NCBI GenBank assembly: GCA_050273025.1
Contig: CP158635.1
Location: 13,764,001 to 13,828,000 of the forward strand
Direction: 5' to 3'
Length of the DNA: 64,000 bases
DNA from: Cenococcum geophilum
Taxonomy: Eukaryota
Shown here one piece after another: positions 13,320 to 25,173 of the stretch. Under the pieces are notes generated by a model that worked only from the letters and a program-made list of their open reading frames with translations, was not told where the DNA came from and did not search any database. The position numbers and the translations under genes were made by a program. Position 1 is the first letter of the stretch. Each line of letters starts with the position of its first letter.

Positions 13320-16300
13320 ATTATATTAAACCTATACCTTATACCGCCTTAACTAGCATATAAAATAACCTAAAAGTCCTTATATCTGTAAAAGACCTAT
13401 ATACTATATTTACTAAATACCCGCCTATATGGCCCTAGGGCTACTAAAGAATAATTAAAAGTAGATTAATTACTTAATAAAGGTCTATATTTTTACTAAT
13501 AACGCTTAGCTACGCTCCTTGTTTATAACTACTTTACTTTATAGCCCTATTATAGAGCTAGTTACTTTATAGGACCGCTTTAAACGGTCTATCTATAATA
13601 ATCTACTTACTTTTTAGCCCGCTAACTTAATACTACTCCTATAGTTAACAAGGATAATAATGCCTATCTTAATTACGGATTAGTTAAAGACGCTTATAGA
13701 CTATAGCCTACCCTATATGCTATAACTGTAATAAGTAGGGTTACTTTACCTTGTCCTGCCCGGAGCTAAAGGATATAGGCAATATTAAGGAGATAGAGGA
13801 AGGAGAAACGTCCGATAAGTTAGGAAAAGAAAAACCCTAGAAAAAGACTCCCCCCTAAAATACCCTATCAATTTTAAAGAGATTAATCTTAGTTAGTTAA
13901 TAGGTGGAAAGTATTTTATAGTTTTATATATAGTATCTTAAAATAGATATAGAGTTAATATAACCGCCCTTATTAACACTAGAGCAAATAGCTTCGCCTT
14001 TATAAATACTACCTATATAAATAATATTACTAAGTTTCTAAATATAGAAGCCATCCGACTAGAGAAGCCTATTTAGGTAAAAGGCTATAACGGCTAAGCT
14101 AGTTAGCCCGTTACCTATATCTTAAAGTTATATATTACTCTTAACGGATAACGTTAATATAGTATCCCCTTTTGCATCCTAGACCTAGGGTCCTATAATA
14201 TAATCCTTAGATAAAAATAGATGTCCTATTTTAATATTTAGTTAAGTATATAATAAAAATGGTTTATCTAGCCGGAGAATAGACTAAGGTTACCCTCCTT
14301 TATTAGGGAGATCTAAACTAACTGTAAGATACTAGCTATAAGGGCTAACCCTACCTACTAGTAGAATGTCTGGGCTTGTAACCTAGCCTTTACCTAAAAA
14401 AACGCCCGCCGCGAAGTTAGAAAGAACTCTATACCAATAAAAATACTTTCCTAAAGCGCTATATTTAAAGAGGACTCTATATATAGAAGCGGGATAGATA
14501 GTAATATAGATAATATCTAAATTATATAGATTTAACCGGTATAGAAAAGAATATATTAATAGGATATAAGGGATAACCTCTAAAAGATATAATAGGAGCT
14601 AAAAGAAGTAATAATAACGCCAGTACCCTAGAAGTCCCTAAAGTTATATACGCCCCTATTATTAGGCAACCCCCCTACTATAGATATTGCCGCAATTAGT
14701 ACTATAGTATTTTACTTTAATATATACCGGAAGGATAATAAGGTCTTTATAATAAGCCTATATAAGATTAACCAAATTATTAATAATAGAGAGGAAAGGC
14801 TAGCTAAGGAAACCGATAAGGAACTAGTTAAACACCTTTTTTTTACTATTTATATAAACTATAAGGATGCATTCTTAAAGGCGGCCTTAGATAAGTTACC
14901 CCCCTACCGGATATATAATTATAAGATTTAATTAAAAGCTAATAACTCGCTAGGCTATAGCCCCCTCTACTATTAATTAATGGATAAGCTAAAAGCAACA
15001 AAGTAGTACTTAAATAATAACCTAGATAAAGGGTTTATTGAGTTAAGTTAAGCCCCTTTTACTTCCTCTATTCTATTTATTAAAAAGCCTAATAGAGGCC
15101 TTTATTTTTATATTAACTATTAAAAGCTAAACGCTATTACTTAAAAGGACTAGTATTCTATTTCTTTAATTAATAAGACCCTTATACGTCTAAACTAGGT
15201 AAAGATCTTTACTAAACTTAATATCTGCTAAGCTTTCTACTAAATTAGGATAAACCCTATATTTAAATATTTAATAATATTCCATACCTATTATAGTTCC
15301 TATAAATATAAAGTTTTTTTTTAGACTAATAAACGGACTAGCTATATACTAAAGGTATATAAATAACGTTCTTTTTAATTACCTTAATAAATTCTATATA
15401 GTATACCTAGACGATATTCTTATATACTTAGACGACAAACTTAAGTATTAAGTTTATATTAAGAAGGTCCTAAAGAGACTACGAAATACAGGCTTATAAG
15501 TTAATATTAAGAAATATAAGTTTAGGGTAAAACGTATAAAATACCTTGGGTTTATTATAACTATAAAAGGAATTAAGGTTAACCCTAAAAAGGTAGAGGT
15601 AATCTATAACTAGAAGCCCCCTTATATAGTAAAAGGAATTTAATTATTTCTTAGCTTTTATAACTTCTATTACTAATTTATCCGTAACTATAGAATTATA
15701 GTAAAACCTCTTATATAACTAACTAGGAAGGATACGCCTTTTATCTTTAATAATAGCTATATAAAAGCCTTTAAAAAGATAAAGAATTAGCTTATCTTTT
15801 CCTTAATCCTTTATTACTATAACCTAAACCTTAAATTAATGCTAGAAACGGATGCCTCTAATAGGGTTATAGCGGGAATCCTATTGCAGTTATATTTAGA
15901 CGGCGAATAGTACCTTATAGCTTTCTTTTTAAAGATAATAAACCCGGCTAAGTATAACTATAAAATATATAATAAAGAAATGCTAGCTATTATTTAATTA
16001 CTTTCTTAATAGAGTGTAGAGCTTAAAGGTACGAACTCCCAGATTAAGATATATATAGATTATAAAGCCCTAAAGTACTTTATAATTATAAAGCAGCTTA
16101 CTAAATAATAAGCCTAATAGGCTAAAATACTCTCCTAACCCTTCTTTATAATTATATATCGTTTTAGTAAGTAAAACTTTAAGGCTAATGCCCTAACCTA
16201 AAGAGAATAAGATATAGGACCTTAGGATAAGCTAAAGACCTAATATTAGACGCGCGCCCTCCTTTATTTAGAATAGCTTAACCTATAGATCCTTAAGGAG

Positions 16301-18420
16301 CTAGACTTCTAGTAAAATAAGCTAGTACTAATAGAGGAGTCCTTAAATAAGCTAATAGGGCTAATTAACCGCCTCCTAATTATAAACCGCACGGCTAATA
16401 CTTTAAGGGCCCTTTATAAATAAGCTATAAAAGGAAACCCCAATTTTAAAACAGAGGAAGGATTACTTCTATACTAAGAGCGGCTTATAGTCCCTAATGT
16501 TAATAATTTATAGACTAAACTAATCCGCGAAGCTTATTGTTAAGTCTTTATAGTATACCCTAGTAAGAATAAGACCCGTAAAATTATTAACTGCCGCTAT
16601 TATTAGCTAAGAATAGTTATAGATATTAATTAATATATAAGGAACTGCGAAGACTGCTAGAGAGCTATAATCCCACGGGATAAGACCCTAGGACTACTTA
16701 AGCTACTCCTAATACTAGAGCGCCCTTAGTAGTATATTTTTATAGACTTTTATAAACTACCTAGGGACCGTAACGGATATGATATAGTTATAGTTATAGT
16801 TAACTACTTTAGTAAACGCCTATTCTTAATTCCCTATTATAAGAACATTAATGCTAAAAAGGCAGCCTAGCTATATATTTATTACGTCTACTAAATCTAT
16901 AGACTACTAAATACTATTATATCTAATTATAGGCTATAGTTTATATCAGCCTTCTGGAATAAGTTTACCCGGATTCTAGGTATTAAGCTAAAGCTTTTTA
17001 CGGCTTATTACCCCTAGATAAACGGTTAGATAGAGATTATAAATTAGTACCTAGACCAGAGGCTTAGGCCCTTTATTAACTATTTCTAGAATAACTAGTC
17101 TAAACTACTACCCTTAATAGACTACGCGTAAGTAACCCTACCCTATAACTCTATAGGGTTTACCCCAATTTAGCTAGAAATAGAATACTTACCCTATATA
17201 AGCTTTAACTAAAAAAGGCTAAAAGAACCCTAAATTATATAAGAGAAGCTATCCTATACTAAGGCCTAATAGTATACTAAATAATTAGAGGAAGTCTAGA
17301 TGGTAGCCTATAAGAACCTAGAAAAAGCTTAAAGGTTAATAAAATAGTAGGCAAATAAACACTGTTAAGAGCCTAATTTTACCCCTAGTGATATAGTCTA
17401 GGTTATAATAAGGAATTAGAAGACTAAACGACCTAGCTATAAGCTGGACTATTAGATAGTAGGACCGTATAAGGTTTTTAAAAAAATAGGCAACTTATAT
17501 AAAATAAAGCTCCCAGATTTAATTAGGGTTTACTTTATTTTCTTACTAGATAAGTTACGGAAAGCTATAAATAACCTATTACCTAGATAAAAGAACGAGC
17601 CTCCCCTACTAGTTTAAGTAAATAGTAATAATAAATAAGAGGTTAACAAAATACTGGCCTATAAGATAGTATAGGGAACGCTAAAATACTATATTTAATA
17701 GAAGGGCTATAATCCTAATCTAACTTAGTACCCTATATAGAACTTTATAGGCTACCCCTAGAAGCTTAAAGAATTCTATAACTAATACCCTAATACGCCT
17801 AAACCCCTAAAATACCTAAATAAATAGATGGAATGCTAGTATAATAAAGATAATAAGTTACTAGAAGAATATAGGGACAAAAACGCCCCAAAGCCCTAAT
17901 ATAGCTATTTGCCAAATTCTGCTATATTCTGCTGTTTTCTACTAATACTATAAAATTTTAGATATCTAGGAACTTTAACCGCCGGTTAAAGTTATTTACT
18001 TAGTTAAATCCGTACTAAGACTTTTAGCGGCTACTCTTTCTAGCCTAGTACTTCCACTTAGCCTATAATTGCCCTTTATACTTAATCTAAACGTACTTAT
18101 ATCCCCTTTATCTCCTTATTTTATATTTTATAATTCTATGTTTATAAGCCTAGTACTACTATATTTCTAACTAAGCCTAAAGGCAGGCTTTCTTTTAAAG
18201 AGGGGGGTGATGTAATGGCGCTATCGTACGTTACCTGCTAAATTCTACTATATTTTGCTAACCTATAATTAGCCCGCCCAAAGCTAGCGCCTTAGCGGCT
18301 TACCTTATATATTTATTTACATCGGTCCTAGCGACCCCTTTTCCTTCTCTTTAGCTTAGTATCTTCGTAATATAGCATTCTATAAGCTTTGGTTTAGAGG
18401 CATTTGTATAAGCCGTAACA
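13320..18420 (+). mobile_element. Ty3/Gypsy chromovirus-type LTR retrotransposon (5' LTR missing), RIP-inactivated
   Basis: gag zinc knuckle CYNC..GH....C ~13718; protease ALIDTGANGFAF ~13966; RT YLDDILIY ~15405; RNase H ETDAS ~15845; integrase ~16500-17500; chromodomain ~17630-17820; polypurine tract AAAGAGGGGGGTGA; 210-bp 3' LTR TGTAA...TAACA at 18211-18420. Confidence 0.95.
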
Positions 18421-19000
18421 TATACTCTACCTCTTAAAGCGTTAAATTAAGGAGACTTCTATTGCTGGTATAGTAATAGGACTTTACCCAAACTTCTTAT
18501 AGCTAGTCCTCTTATTAGCTCCTAATTCGTTAATAAAGATTAATTAATTAATATCCTATATAATTTAACGGCCCTTCTATAAGGCATAAAGATCCTCTAC
18601 CCGCTTAGCCGCCTTCCTCTATATAACTTTTTAACTCTACTATAGACGCGTAAGAGTTTTCTATATAGTTAAGAGCCCTATAATTAAGTTAAACTTATTA
18701 TATAGAAACCATGCCATTTTGTTAAGGAAGGTAGTTGGGTGATTAGTAAGAAATATAAGTAGAGCTTATAGTATTTATAAGAAATAGCCACAATACTATA
18801 ACGTTAATTATCGCGAACCTGCTTATGCATTAGTGCTTAAGGCCTTCCTTGCTAAGCAATATAGGGGGGGTATGGAGTACCCTATATATCTAGGGAGGTT
18901 CTTATGCGATATACAGTTAAGTAATATACTTAAGTAGCTGCAGTAATCTATGTAGCCTTCTAACCGTAGTATAAGGCGACGTAGATCTAAAAGACGCGAT
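18421..19000 (-). pseudogene. Tc1/IS630-like transposase fragment
   Basis: Reverted minus strand reads MAWFLYDEF...WSRKV.QRKAAER...LIFIDESGANERTG.RKFGWSP; truncated at the Gypsy LTR. Confidence 0.75.
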
Positions 19001-19081
19001 ATGGAGGAATTCTAAAGGGCATTGTAGTTAAAAAAAGTCGTGGGCATATAGGAATATTTGATTTATATTTGATTTTATATA

Positions 19082-19463
19082 CGGAGGTCGCTGTTATAAG
19101 TTCTTGCACCTTCCTAATTAGGAAGTTAAGTTACTAACTCTCTTAGTATATTATTAAATAAGTATTTTTATATTTTTATATAAAATCCTATAAACTCTAT
19201 ATGAATTCTAAGTTAAAGCTATTATATGATTAATCGTATTAAAGTAGTTATTATAACTTAAAATTTATTAAAATTTATTAGTGCTGTAATTTACGCAGCC
19301 GGTATTACAGCTTATGTAGCAGTGCTAAAAATTACGCATTTGTAGCGGGATCGTGCCTAAATTTACGTGGGGTAGGCTGATAGCTGCGCACCCGTGATTG
19401 CGCGTGCGCAGTCGCTTAATTTCCTAATTAGGAAGGTGCAAGAACTTATGACAACGACCTCCG
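19082..19463. mobile_element. Tc1/mariner(pogo)-type MITE
   Basis: ~49-bp TIRs CGGAGGTCG(C/T)TGT(T/C)ATAAGTTCTTGCACCTTCCTAATTAGGAA.TTAAG, with TA on both flanks (19080-19081, 19464-19465) and no transposase. Confidence 0.88.
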
Positions 19464-19926
19464 TACAAAGAAGATATTTTGATGTGTGCGGCTCTTATCA
19501 AGCGAATTTGCAGAAGATAAGAAAACTGCAGTATGCACGAGGTGGGATTGTGCACGAGGTGGCCCGAACGCCAATACTACTGACCAGTCGAGGCGAGGAT
19601 TGCCAAATCATGGAGGGGTCGAAGGGGATCTGGATTTAGGAGGCGCTTCTTAATTAGTTTAGTTCTCAATAGTCCAAGCGAAGGGTGCCCTCCAACGGAG
19701 CCACGAAGCCCTCAATGCAATCCAAGTCACCCAACCTCTGCACAATCGAGTAATTGAGGTATCACCGGGAAAGCAAGACGCATCCTATTGGTGATGTTTT
19801 TTGCATAGCCTTCCATGCGCCAGAGAGTATATGAAGGAGACAGGATAGAGCCTTAAAGCTCAAGGATTCCACAATAACCTTGTGACTTAGTTTCCGCGTC
19901 AAACATTCCCGACTTGGAACCCGCTG

Positions 19927-21154
19927 ATGACGGCCCTCGCTATGTCAACTACATCAATACCACTCCCACAAATCGCTACATCGATATCCATGAATGGCCC
20001 ACTCCACCTTCCTCCTACTGGCACTGCAATCCAATATGAGATCGTTAATACATTCTGGGAGGTTCCTGTTAAAACTGCAAACCTCGAGAAGGGCTATTTT
20101 AGTCTCAACCCGTATTTCATGTACTATGCAAACCAGTGTAGGCTTGCCGTAAATGACGAAGGCGGCCATATTCTGGCCAGAACACACCGCGACATTTGCG
20201 ACATTGTCCAATATATAAGAGTAGACCTAACGAGAGAAGAAATTAAGCGGCATCTGGGAAAGAAGCTACCGGACCCAAAGCCAGCTAACCACAATGAGTT
20301 ACTTGATAGCTCTATTGACCTCGCAGTAAGGCTACTGGTCATGATGGAGGTTGGCGAGCTTCAATATGGATTCATATCGCGGAACAGGTTAGACTGGCCA
20401 GAGGGAAGTCTGAGAGACTTTCTCCGCGACTATTTTAAGAAAACAACGAGCGGCGATTATGTTAGATTAGAGAGGATTTTTAACGCCCGCAATCTTCGTA
20501 GGATTGCGGGTATTGATATCGAGTTGAGTTGCTGTGTACCCTAAAATGCAAGAAAGGACTCAAGCTAATATTCCGTTATGTTTTGATCTAGATGGACCTC
20601 GAATATAGCCGATCATCTGCTTTTAATAGATGGCGATACTAGAGTAGCTATATTCCATCACGCCGAATTTTTAAAACATCAAATGGAAAGGTTAGGCCTT
20701 CTCTAAATCTTTAAGGTTTCCTTTTCCGTTATAGAAGCTAATTTGTCTAATTAGCAAAACTCCCCTCTTGCCAAATGGCTTAGCCAAAGAAACCTTAATG
20801 ACTATTGCGCTCCTATTCCCCCAATCAGACATCAGTATTAAAAAATGGTACTGTAAGATCAGAAGAAGCTACAATCTGGATCAAAAGGCGATCCAGTGTG
20901 GTCATCTAAAAGCGGACGAACGCCGTATAGAAAATTTCCAGTTTTGGCGCGAGAGGCTCACTGTTCTTAAGCAAATCTTTGACGAAGCAGAGCCAAAAGG
21001 GATATCCCAATGGTGGCATGACAGGCGAAAGCGAGTACAGTGGTATACATTCTGGATTGCGGTTGTTTTACTCTTGCTGACGGTTTTCTTTGGTTTCATA
21101 CAAATCATCGAGGGAGCACTACAGGTCTACAAGGCTTTCCATCCTTTAGCATAA
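19927..21154 (+). CDS. Intact spliced host gene, uncharacterised fungal protein (364 aa) with a C-terminal hydrophobic helix; exons 19927-20522, 20592-20690, 20755-21154
   Basis: GT..AG introns with GCTAAT branch sites (20523-20591, 20691-20754) join the two track ORFs in frame: IAGIDIE|WTSNIADHLLL...IFHHAEFL...|KTPLLPNGLAKETLMTIALLFP...QWYTFWIAVVLLLLTVFFGFIQ. No stops and normal CpA/TpG content. The start codon could instead be 19942. Confidence 0.9.
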
Positions 21155-21404
21155 GATGTTATGGAATACTGGGTTAACAACTATAATTCCGATGAGCTAT
21201 TTTGTAAACCCCACAATATGCTCTTTCCAGAATATCCTCCCTTCAAATAATGTATAATACCGGCGCGGAGTCTATATAGCTTTAGAGAGCCTAGGTGCTG
21301 TCACCTCCCTTTCGTCTCTGCCGTCGTCGCAGAGACGCCGCTGGTTATATACCCCCTAAAGACACGTCACCACAACGCTAGCTACCACAACCAGAAACGC
21401 CTAC

Positions 21405-22570
21405 CAGTGATCTTTTTGGATTGGATTGGAGTGGATTTGACACCCAAATCCACTCCAGAGCCATTTTGCACCTCTCAAATCCAGGAGCTCCATGGAGCTC
21501 CGATGTAAATATATACTATAAATAGTAAGTCTTAGTACGGTCTTAGTGTTAAGGTAAGAAAGTAGTTGGGGGTTATACTTACCAAAATTGCACCCCAAAT
21601 TAACTCTATTTAGTTAAATATACCTTATCTACCTTATCTACTCCGACCTTATTGCCGTCGGCCTTAATCGCGGCGTATTCCTCCTATAGATTATCCTTAT
21701 TATTTACCAACTAGGCGGCGGCGTCTGTAGCCTTTAAAGTGTTAATTTAGGTAAGCGGAGGTCGGGGGACGACAGGGTAAACGATGTAGTGAAGTAAGTG
21801 AAGTAGATGAACTTAATGTAATTGATAATGTCTATCTGCGGGGGATTAAGTCTCTATATACATAGAAGACCTTAGTTCTAGAACGTCTACGTTCTGGCTT
21901 ATATTCTAATACGTTACTTAATATACTAGGTAATACGTTACCTAATATACTAGCCAATACACTAGCTGATACTATTTAATATACTAGTTAATATACTAGC
22001 TAATACTATCTAATACACTGTATAAAGCCGTAGGGTTCTTCTAAGGTATTCTTATATAACGCTTACATAAGCAATATTAGAGCTTATTATTGACATAAAG
22101 TAGCCAGCTAAGCCTTTATAGCTTCCTTAAAGGATTAGAGCTGGTTATCCGGCTCTCCCTCTAGTACCCCTACCTCCTTATTATTGTATAAGCCTTTCCG
22201 CGGAGGCCTATATAAGTGGCGAAGACACTTATTTGCCTTAATTATATCCATCTATAAGTAAGAGCGATAATCCTTAAGTAGTATCTTTACGCTGCTAAAT
22301 AGGCGCTCGCAGTTATTTAATATAGGTAGGATTATAAGAATATTAAGGGCAAATCGGGTAAGGTTAGGCTGGCTATAGTAGCGATTCTACTAGTATTAAA
22401 TAACGTTAAAGTCTTCGCCGTCTTTAAGTTGTATAGTGTTCGTAGCTAAGTAGTTATTAAAGCAATTAGGTTATATAATTGGAGCTTCTTCTTTTAGCTA
22501 GTAAGAAGTTTTAAAACGCTTATAATTTTAAGCAGAGGTATAGATCTTTTCTTTTAACGGCTTTTATATA
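21405..22570 (-). mobile_element. hAT transposon relic (3' end and transposase dimerisation domain)
   Basis: Minus strand at ~22190-22390 reverts to PNLTRFALD.L.IP.MSDDCERLFSS.K.LLED.RSRL.MDII.ANECLRHLYG. Probable terminus CAGTGATC followed by TTGGA repeats at 21405. Interrupted by a solo LTR. Confidence 0.75.
21740..22095. mobile_element. Solo LTR (family B)
   Basis: TGTT...GACA termini; perfect 5-bp TSD TAAAG (21735-21739, 22096-22100). Confidence 0.92.
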
Positions 22571-22574
22571 GGTA

Positions 22575-23135
22575 CTATATCGGGAAAATATTCGTAGGAT
22601 GAGATTTAAGTAGACTTTATGTGGCGCGTTTCGCGTAATTAACATGCAATTTAACTAACTTAATATGTAATTTAACTAACTTAATACGTAATTAACTAAC
22701 TTAATATACAATTTAACTAACTTAATACGCAATTAACTAACTTAATACGCAATTAACTAACTTAATAACTTTAAAAGCTAACCGGATATTCCTTAACACG
22801 CAGTTAGCCTACTTAACAACTTTAAAAGCTAACTGTATATTCCTTAACATGCAATTAGGGTAAAGTTATATACTAATTACGCAATCTTATATAATCTTAT
22901 ATAGTCTTATTACTTAGAGGCTCTGTATAAAGCTCTACACAAAGCTCTATACGAAGCTCTACACGAGGCTCTACGCGAAGCTTTGTATACGGAGGCTCTA
23001 TACGAAGCTCTATATAAAGCTCTATACGAAGCTCTACGTATAGAAGCTCTGTATAAGGCTCTGCGCGAAGCTTTACGTACAGAGGCTCTACACGAAGCTC
23101 TATATTGGGTCCCCGCTATATTCCTAATAGCGTCT
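22575..23135. repeat. Dispersed repeat with internal 20/21-bp (CAATTAACTAACTTAATACG) and 12-bp (ACGAAGCTCTAT) tandem arrays
   Basis: Arrays at ~22640-22770 and ~22917-23103; inverted copy at 11395-11665. Confidence 0.8.
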
Positions 23136-24220
23136 ACACGTGTCTCTGCCTATGTAGGGGGTTACAGCTCGGCGTGGTCCGAAAAAACTCGGCGTGGTTT
23201 AAAAGTTTAACGTAGTCCGAACTTTAAATTTAACTTCGGACTATGCTTAGCTTTAGACCACGCTTAGCCCCCGTATATATAATGCACATACAATTTAAAT
23301 AAAATAGAAAATATAAAGTTGTTAATTTATAAATTGTAAATATTATAGTGCGTTACTAGGGCATATGCTATGTATATGCTTAAATGTGGCTATATAAGGT
23401 AATAGTAGTTAGTTATTAAAATATGGCCTATGCACACGCGTAGCATATCCATAATAATAGTTGTACTATAACTTCTTCTCTATAATATTATAGCGTATGC
23501 CATAAGTATATATAGTGTAATGTAGGTATAGGCCTTATATATGCTAACGGAAAGACTAGGGCAAAATTTTAATAATAAACTTAATGATCGTATACGCCGC
23601 GCATACGCTTACTATAAGCAATCTTATAATTGCGGATTTTAATAACCTATAGGTGGCCTCTACTGCTAATCTATCTCCGTTTAGCTATTACTATAGTAAG
23701 TATATGCGGAGTATATATAGACACCTACTTATAAAGCCTTATAGGCCTAATTCCAAATCTAAACCCTAATTAGATAACGCCTGGTAAGTTATTTAATTGC
23801 ATATATATAGTATATGCTTATAATAACTATAGCGCGCGCCGTAGCAGCTCTTACTAGGGGAAGACGTAAGTATATATAGCTTTATATACTGCGCAGGCAT
23901 ATAATAAGTATATACTAGACCTACCTAATACTGCCTTTTTGCTCTCCTTAGTAAACACTATAGTGTATATTGCTTATATATACCCTATATATAGTATATG
24001 CTAAGCCAAAGTTTAGGTGTAATATCGCTATTAACGGTACGCAGATATGCGGCCGTGTCTTCACCGCTTAACTAAGTGTACGTTTTGCATATATGTAGCA
24101 CCTACGGCTCTACTAATATGGCTATAGTATCGCCGGTATATCCGCAATAAGTATAGCGGTGCTTATATATACTACTATATTGGTATAGTATCTCGGTATA
24201 TACTTACTATATGCAGTAAC

Positions 24221-24624
24221 TGTTAATTTGCGTAAGCGGAGGTCAGAGGACGACAAGGTAAACGATGTAGTAAAGTGAGTGAAGTGGATGAACTTAATGC
24301 AATTGATAATGTCTATCTACGGGGGATCGAGTCTCTATATACCTGGAAGACCCTAGTTCCGGAACGTCTACGTTCCGTCTCGTATTCTAATACGTTACCT
24401 AATATACTAGGTAATACGTTACCTAATATACTGGCTAATATACTGGCTGATACTATCTAATATACTAGTTAATACACTAGCTAATACACTAGTTAATACA
24501 CTAGCTAATACACTAGTTAATACACTAGCTAATACCATCTAATACACCGCGTAAAGCCGTAGGGTTCTTCTAGGGTGTTCTTATATAATGCTTACATAAG
24601 CAATATTAGAGATTATTATTAACA
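24221..24624. mobile_element. Solo LTR (family B)
   Basis: Copy of 21740-22095; TSD GTAAC/GTAAT (24216-24220, 24625-24629). Confidence 0.9.
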
Positions 24625-24709
24625 GTAATTAACTTAACTACTAATAATACGCTAGTTGGAGAGCTTATTGTAGGTAAGAAGTATATATTATATATATGCA
24701 GCGCATATA

Positions 24710-25173
24710 TGTTAATAATGATCTCTAATATTGCTTATATAAGCATTATATAAGAACACCCTGGAAGAACCCTATGGCTTTACGCGGTGTATTAGATGGT
24801 ATTAGCTAGTGTATTAACTAGTGTATTAACTAGTGTATCAGATAGTATCAGCCAGTGTATTAGCTAGTGTATTAGGTAACATATTACCTAGTATATTAGG
24901 TAACGTATTACCTAGTGTATTAGGTAATATATTACCTAGTATATTAGGTAATGTATTACCTAGTGTGTTAGGTAACGTATCACCTAGTGTATTAGGTAAC
25001 GTATTAGAATATAAGACGGAACGTAGACGTTCCGGAACTAGGGTCTTCCAGGTATATAGAGACTCGATCCCCCGTAGATAGACATTATCAATTGCATTAA
25101 GTTTATCCACTTCACTTACTTCACTATATCGTTTACCCTGTCGTCCTCCGACCTCCGCTTATACAAATTAACA
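24710..25173. mobile_element. LTR (family B), inverted relative to the other two copies, no TSD
   Basis: Reverse complement of 24221-24624 with more 12-bp internal units; the flanks ATATA and ACCAC do not match. Confidence 0.88.

Noticed and set aside
21313..21344. GC-rich hairpin followed by CTGG as a Helitron 3' end that captured the host gene
   Set aside because: The stem is only 9 bp, the spacing to CTRR is 3 nt, and no 5' end or second copy is visible.
19394..21598. Small ORFs 19394-19639, 19954-20211, 20124-20342, 20902-21108 and 21401-21598
   Set aside because: They overlap transposon ends or are antisense to the spliced gene, and have no independent coding signal.
22983..25110. Repeat-peptide ORFs (EALY repeats; LGNVLPS/NTLP repeats)
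   Set aside because: They are read-throughs of 12-bp tandem arrays inside a dispersed repeat and solo LTRs.
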